Assembly: GCF_000007005.1 (NCBI RefSeq)
Contig: NC_002754.1
Strand: one strand, 5' to 3'
Origin: Saccharolobus solfataricus P2
Lineage (GTDB): Archaea > Thermoproteota > Thermoprotei_A > Sulfolobales > Sulfolobaceae
DNA: 64,000 nucleotides
The notes under the pieces are model-generated. The model saw nothing but the letters and a program-made list of their open reading frames with translations. It searched no databases and was not told the DNA's origin. The translations under genes and the position numbers were made by a program. Every line of letters starts with the position of its first letter. The stretch's first letter is position 1. This document shows positions 61,268 through 64,000 of the stretch, piece by piece.

Positions 61268-61402
61268 TTAGCTTAATAACGACACTCTCAAACATCACTG
61301 TACTAAATTCTATGAAGCTTAAATGTCCGAAAAAATTCCTAATAATTATTAAATTTAATTAGTATTTTTATTTATAAGAATTTATAAATATTTTTAAAAG
61401 GT

Positions 61403-62398
61403 TTATTCTCTCAAACGTCTAGGTAAAAGTAATGATTCCAGGTAAGAAATGTCTTTAAGTATTTTAGCAAATTTGCCTTCTACATAATTTTCCCCAAAGT
61501 CCCCAAAGAATTCATTTCTAATTCGGATTGTCGTAGCTAATCTTTTAGGCTTAAATTCTATTTCATTACCTAATATGTTCTTCATGACTACTCTTCCAGC
61601 AGCAACTGCAATATCTGCAGTCATTGGAATTTCCTTATCTTCAAATGTTACACAATCACCTGCGCCATAAACGTCATTATATTCAATTGACTTAAGATTT
61701 TTGTCTACGAGTAGTCTATGGTTTTTATTAGCATGTAAATTGCCTACTATTTGTGGTCCTTTTAAGCCTCCTGCGAAAATAGTTAATTCAGTTTTAATCT
61801 CACCATAACTTGTGACTACAGAATCTTTTTTGATTTCTATAGCTTCTACTCCTAACATTAGATTGACTCCTAACTCTCTTAATAGATCTTCAGCCTTTTT
61901 TGACGAGGCAGTGGACATAGTTGGTAGTAATCTATTTCTTCTTTGAACTAAAGTGATCTTCTTCCCCTTTATATTCCCAGCTAACTCTACACCAGTTGCA
62001 CCTCCCCCTATGATAGTTATATCCTTAACTTCATTTAATCTTCTCTTTAACTCTATAGCATCTTCTAATGTTTCTATTTTGTGCGCATACTCTTTAGCTC
62101 CTTTTAATCGTGGAAGATTTTGATGATGACCTAAGCTTACTATAAGTTTATCATAAGTTAATTCCTTACTATTATCAAGTATAACTTTCTTATTTTTAAA
62201 ATCAATTTTTTGCACATTTCCAAGTATAACTTTCTTATATTTTACTATAATATCTTCCAATTTCTTCATTCCGCATATAAAATCAATTATCCATGGCGTT
62301 AAAAGAAAATAGTCCTTTCTGTCGACTACTAAGGAATTTTCTTTATTTTGATTATAAGCTGAAACTCCTGCGAATCCTCCACCTAAGATAAGTATCAT
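61403..62398 (-). CDS. Type II NADH dehydrogenase-like FAD/NAD(P) oxidoreductase
   Basis: LGGGFAG, LIVSLG, IGGGATGVELAG, YGAGD. Confidence 0.85.
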   Translation of the reverse strand: MILILGGGFAGVSAYNQNKENSLVVDRKDYFLLTPWIIDFICGMKKLEDIIVKYKKVILGNVQKIDFKNKKVILDNSKELTYDKLIVSLGHHQNLPRLKGAKEYAHKIETLEDAIELKRRLNEVKDITIIGGGATGVELAGNIKGKKITLVQRRNRLLPTMSTASSKKAEDLLRELGVNLMLGVEAIEIKKDSVVTSYGEIKTELTIFAGGLKGPQIVGNLHANKNHRLLVDKNLKSIEYNDVYGAGDCVTFEDKEIPMTADIAVAAGRVVMKNILGNEIEFKPKRLATTIRIRNEFFGDFGENYVEGKFAKILKDISYLESLLLPRRLRE

Positions 62399-64000
62399 TT
62401 AAATACCCTCTAATTTCTCTCTAAATATTGAAAGAACGTATTCTCCAGCTTGCTTAAAAGTTAGTTTAGGTGGCATTGGTCTCTCATTTGGATCTACTAT
62501 TGCATCTAAAAGTGCCTGTCCTTTAGTGTTTAGAAAATCTTCTATTATTTCCTCAGCCTCTTTTGGCTCTTCTAATCTAAATCCTTTAAATCCAATAGAT
62601 TCAGCTATCTTTGTGAAATCTGGGTTATATAAATCGACTCCCCATTCTGGGTACCCCATTACTTCTTGTTCAAATTTTATCATTCCTAATTTAGAATTAT
62701 TATAAACGATTATTTTAACTGGAAGATCATATTTCTTAGCAGTTATCATTTCCATCATAGTCATAGTAAAACCTCCATCTCCTACAAAAGAAATAACTTG
62801 TCTTTTATTTTCTACAGCAAAAGAAGCTCCTACACTTCCTGGGACTCCAATGCCCATTGAACCTAGCCAAGCAGAAAATATAAAGGTTTGCTCTCCTGAA
62901 GCTCTAAAGTGTCTAGCAGTCCACATAGTTACATTTCCAGTATCAGTAACTATTACTGCGTCTTTCTTGCACTTCTGGGAAACTATATAAGCTACTCTCT
63001 GAGGTTTCATTGGTTTATCTAAACTATTCTCCTGCTTACTTATAGAATCTAGCCAATCTTCCTTCTTTCCTTTTAACTCTTCATAGTATTTATCTGATTT
63101 CTCTTCGATATCTATATTTAGGAACTCAGCAACTGGAATCGGATAAGAGAGATTAACATCTAACCTCTTACCTATATTAGAATTATCTATATCAACCTGT
63201 ATCACTTTGGCACTCTTATTTAGAAAATTAACGTAAGGAAATGATGCGCCTAACATTATTAATAAATCAGCCTTATCCATCGCCTCTATGGAAGGCTTAG
63301 TTCCTAAAAGACCTATTCCGCCCATAACTTTAGGATCTAAATCTGGTAAAATCCCCTTACCATTTAATGTATATATTATTGGTGCTCCTATTTTTTCAGC
63401 AAACCTATTTATCTCTTTACCTAGGCCTCTAGTCCCTCCTCCAATTAGTAAAACTGGTTTCTCACTTTCTTTGATTAATTCCTTAGCTCTAGAAAAATCT
63501 ATCGAATATTTAACTTTACCTACTTCAGTATTCTTGCTACCCTTATATTCTGAGGACTTTCTGAGAATATCTACTGGTAAATTTATGTGAGCTACTCCCC
63601 TTTTGGAAATAGCCTCTCTTATAGCCCTCCTTATTATATATTCCGCGTTTTCTGGGTTAATTAAAATTTGATTATATACTGCCACATCATCAAATAACTT
63701 AGTTAGGTTAACTTCTTGAAAATAATCGTGACCTATCATATCTGACTCTACTTGTCCAGTTAGCGCTATTACTGGAGCATGATCCATTTTTGCATCGTAT
63801 AATCCATTTAATAAATGGATTGATCCAGGACCAGAAGTACCCATACATGCTGAAGGCTTACCAGTTATTTTCGCTTCGACCGAGGCAGCTAAAGCTGCAC
63901 CTTCTTCATGTCTTACTTGTACGTATTTTACTTTAGATTTTCTTATCGCGTCAACTAAAGGGTCAATGGAATCTCCAGGAATTCCATATATTCTTTGAAT
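62399..64000 (-). CDS. ThDP-dependent pyruvate oxidase/dehydrogenase (PoxB-like); 5' end outside the window
   Basis: The frame extends to the window edge (IYGIPGDSID...VRHEEGAA); GTSGPG..HLLNGLYDA, GSMG, GDGGF...NN. Confidence 0.9.
   Translation of the reverse strand: MQRIYGIPGDSIDPLVDAIRKSKVKYVQVRHEEGAALAASVEAKITGKPSACMGTSGPGSIHLLNGLYDAKMDHAPVIALTGQVESDMIGHDYFQEVNLTKLFDDVAVYNQILINPENAEYIIRRAIREAISKRGVAHINLPVDILRKSSEYKGSKNTEVGKVKYSIDFSRAKELIKESEKPVLLIGGGTRGLGKEINRFAEKIGAPIIYTLNGKGILPDLDPKVMGGIGLLGTKPSIEAMDKADLLIMLGASFPYVNFLNKSAKVIQVDIDNSNIGKRLDVNLSYPIPVAEFLNIDIEEKSDKYYEELKGKKEDWLDSISKQENSLDKPMKPQRVAYIVSQKCKKDAVIVTDTGNVTMWTARHFRASGEQTFIFSAWLGSMGIGVPGSVGASFAVENKRQVISFVGDGGFTMTMMEMITAKKYDLPVKIIVYNNSKLGMIKFEQEVMGYPEWGVDLYNPDFTKIAESIGFKGFRLEEPKEAEEIIEDFLNTKGQALLDAIVDPNERPMPPKLTFKQAGEYVLSIFREKLEGI

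Noticed and set aside
61076-61273. Complete ~186-bp SM2-type MITE (near-DR TAAGCT/TTAGCT)
   Set aside because: The left end does not match the IR, the DR is imperfect and the interior resembles transposase coding sequence, so it is reported as a remnant only.

Overview
Archaeal chromosome segment, very probably Saccharolobus (Sulfolobus) solfataricus. The evidence is TBP, Alba1/Alba2, Cren7, reverse gyrase TopR2, Topo VI and an ISC1217-type IS, all recognised from sequence; no database search was run. About 1-31 kb is core informational DNA: tbp, dph5, ribL/ribK, taw1, gatCA, xpb, alba, rgy, lhr, rtcB, DHS, top6BA, eIF5A, srp54, a Pus10-like gene, cren7, pyrH, homocitrate synthase, an intron-containing tRNA-Leu(CAA) and rpiA. 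About 32-64 kb is metabolic: pyk, the glycogen cluster, MFS/PadR, nadCB-nadA, a trehalose-type ABC transporter, an oxidase/DUF1177/M20/permease cluster, an NDH-2-like gene and a pyruvate oxidase-like gene. Features not visible in the ORF track: five box C/D sRNAs, three of which appear to guide 2'-O-methylation of wobble U34 in different tRNAs while also pairing with tRNA D-arms; an apparent ATC start codon for TBP; a riboflavin kinase HTH domain with no in-frame start; twin CGAACATATGTTCG operators (LexA-box-like) at the divergent nadA/nadB promoter; a shared palindrome in front of an uncharacterised catabolic cluster; two frameshifted genes; a complete 1147-bp IS with 6-bp target duplication that splits a DUF202 gene; a decayed remnant of the same IS family; and an unlisted 48-aa zinc-finger ORF. 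No CRISPR array or rRNA gene was seen.
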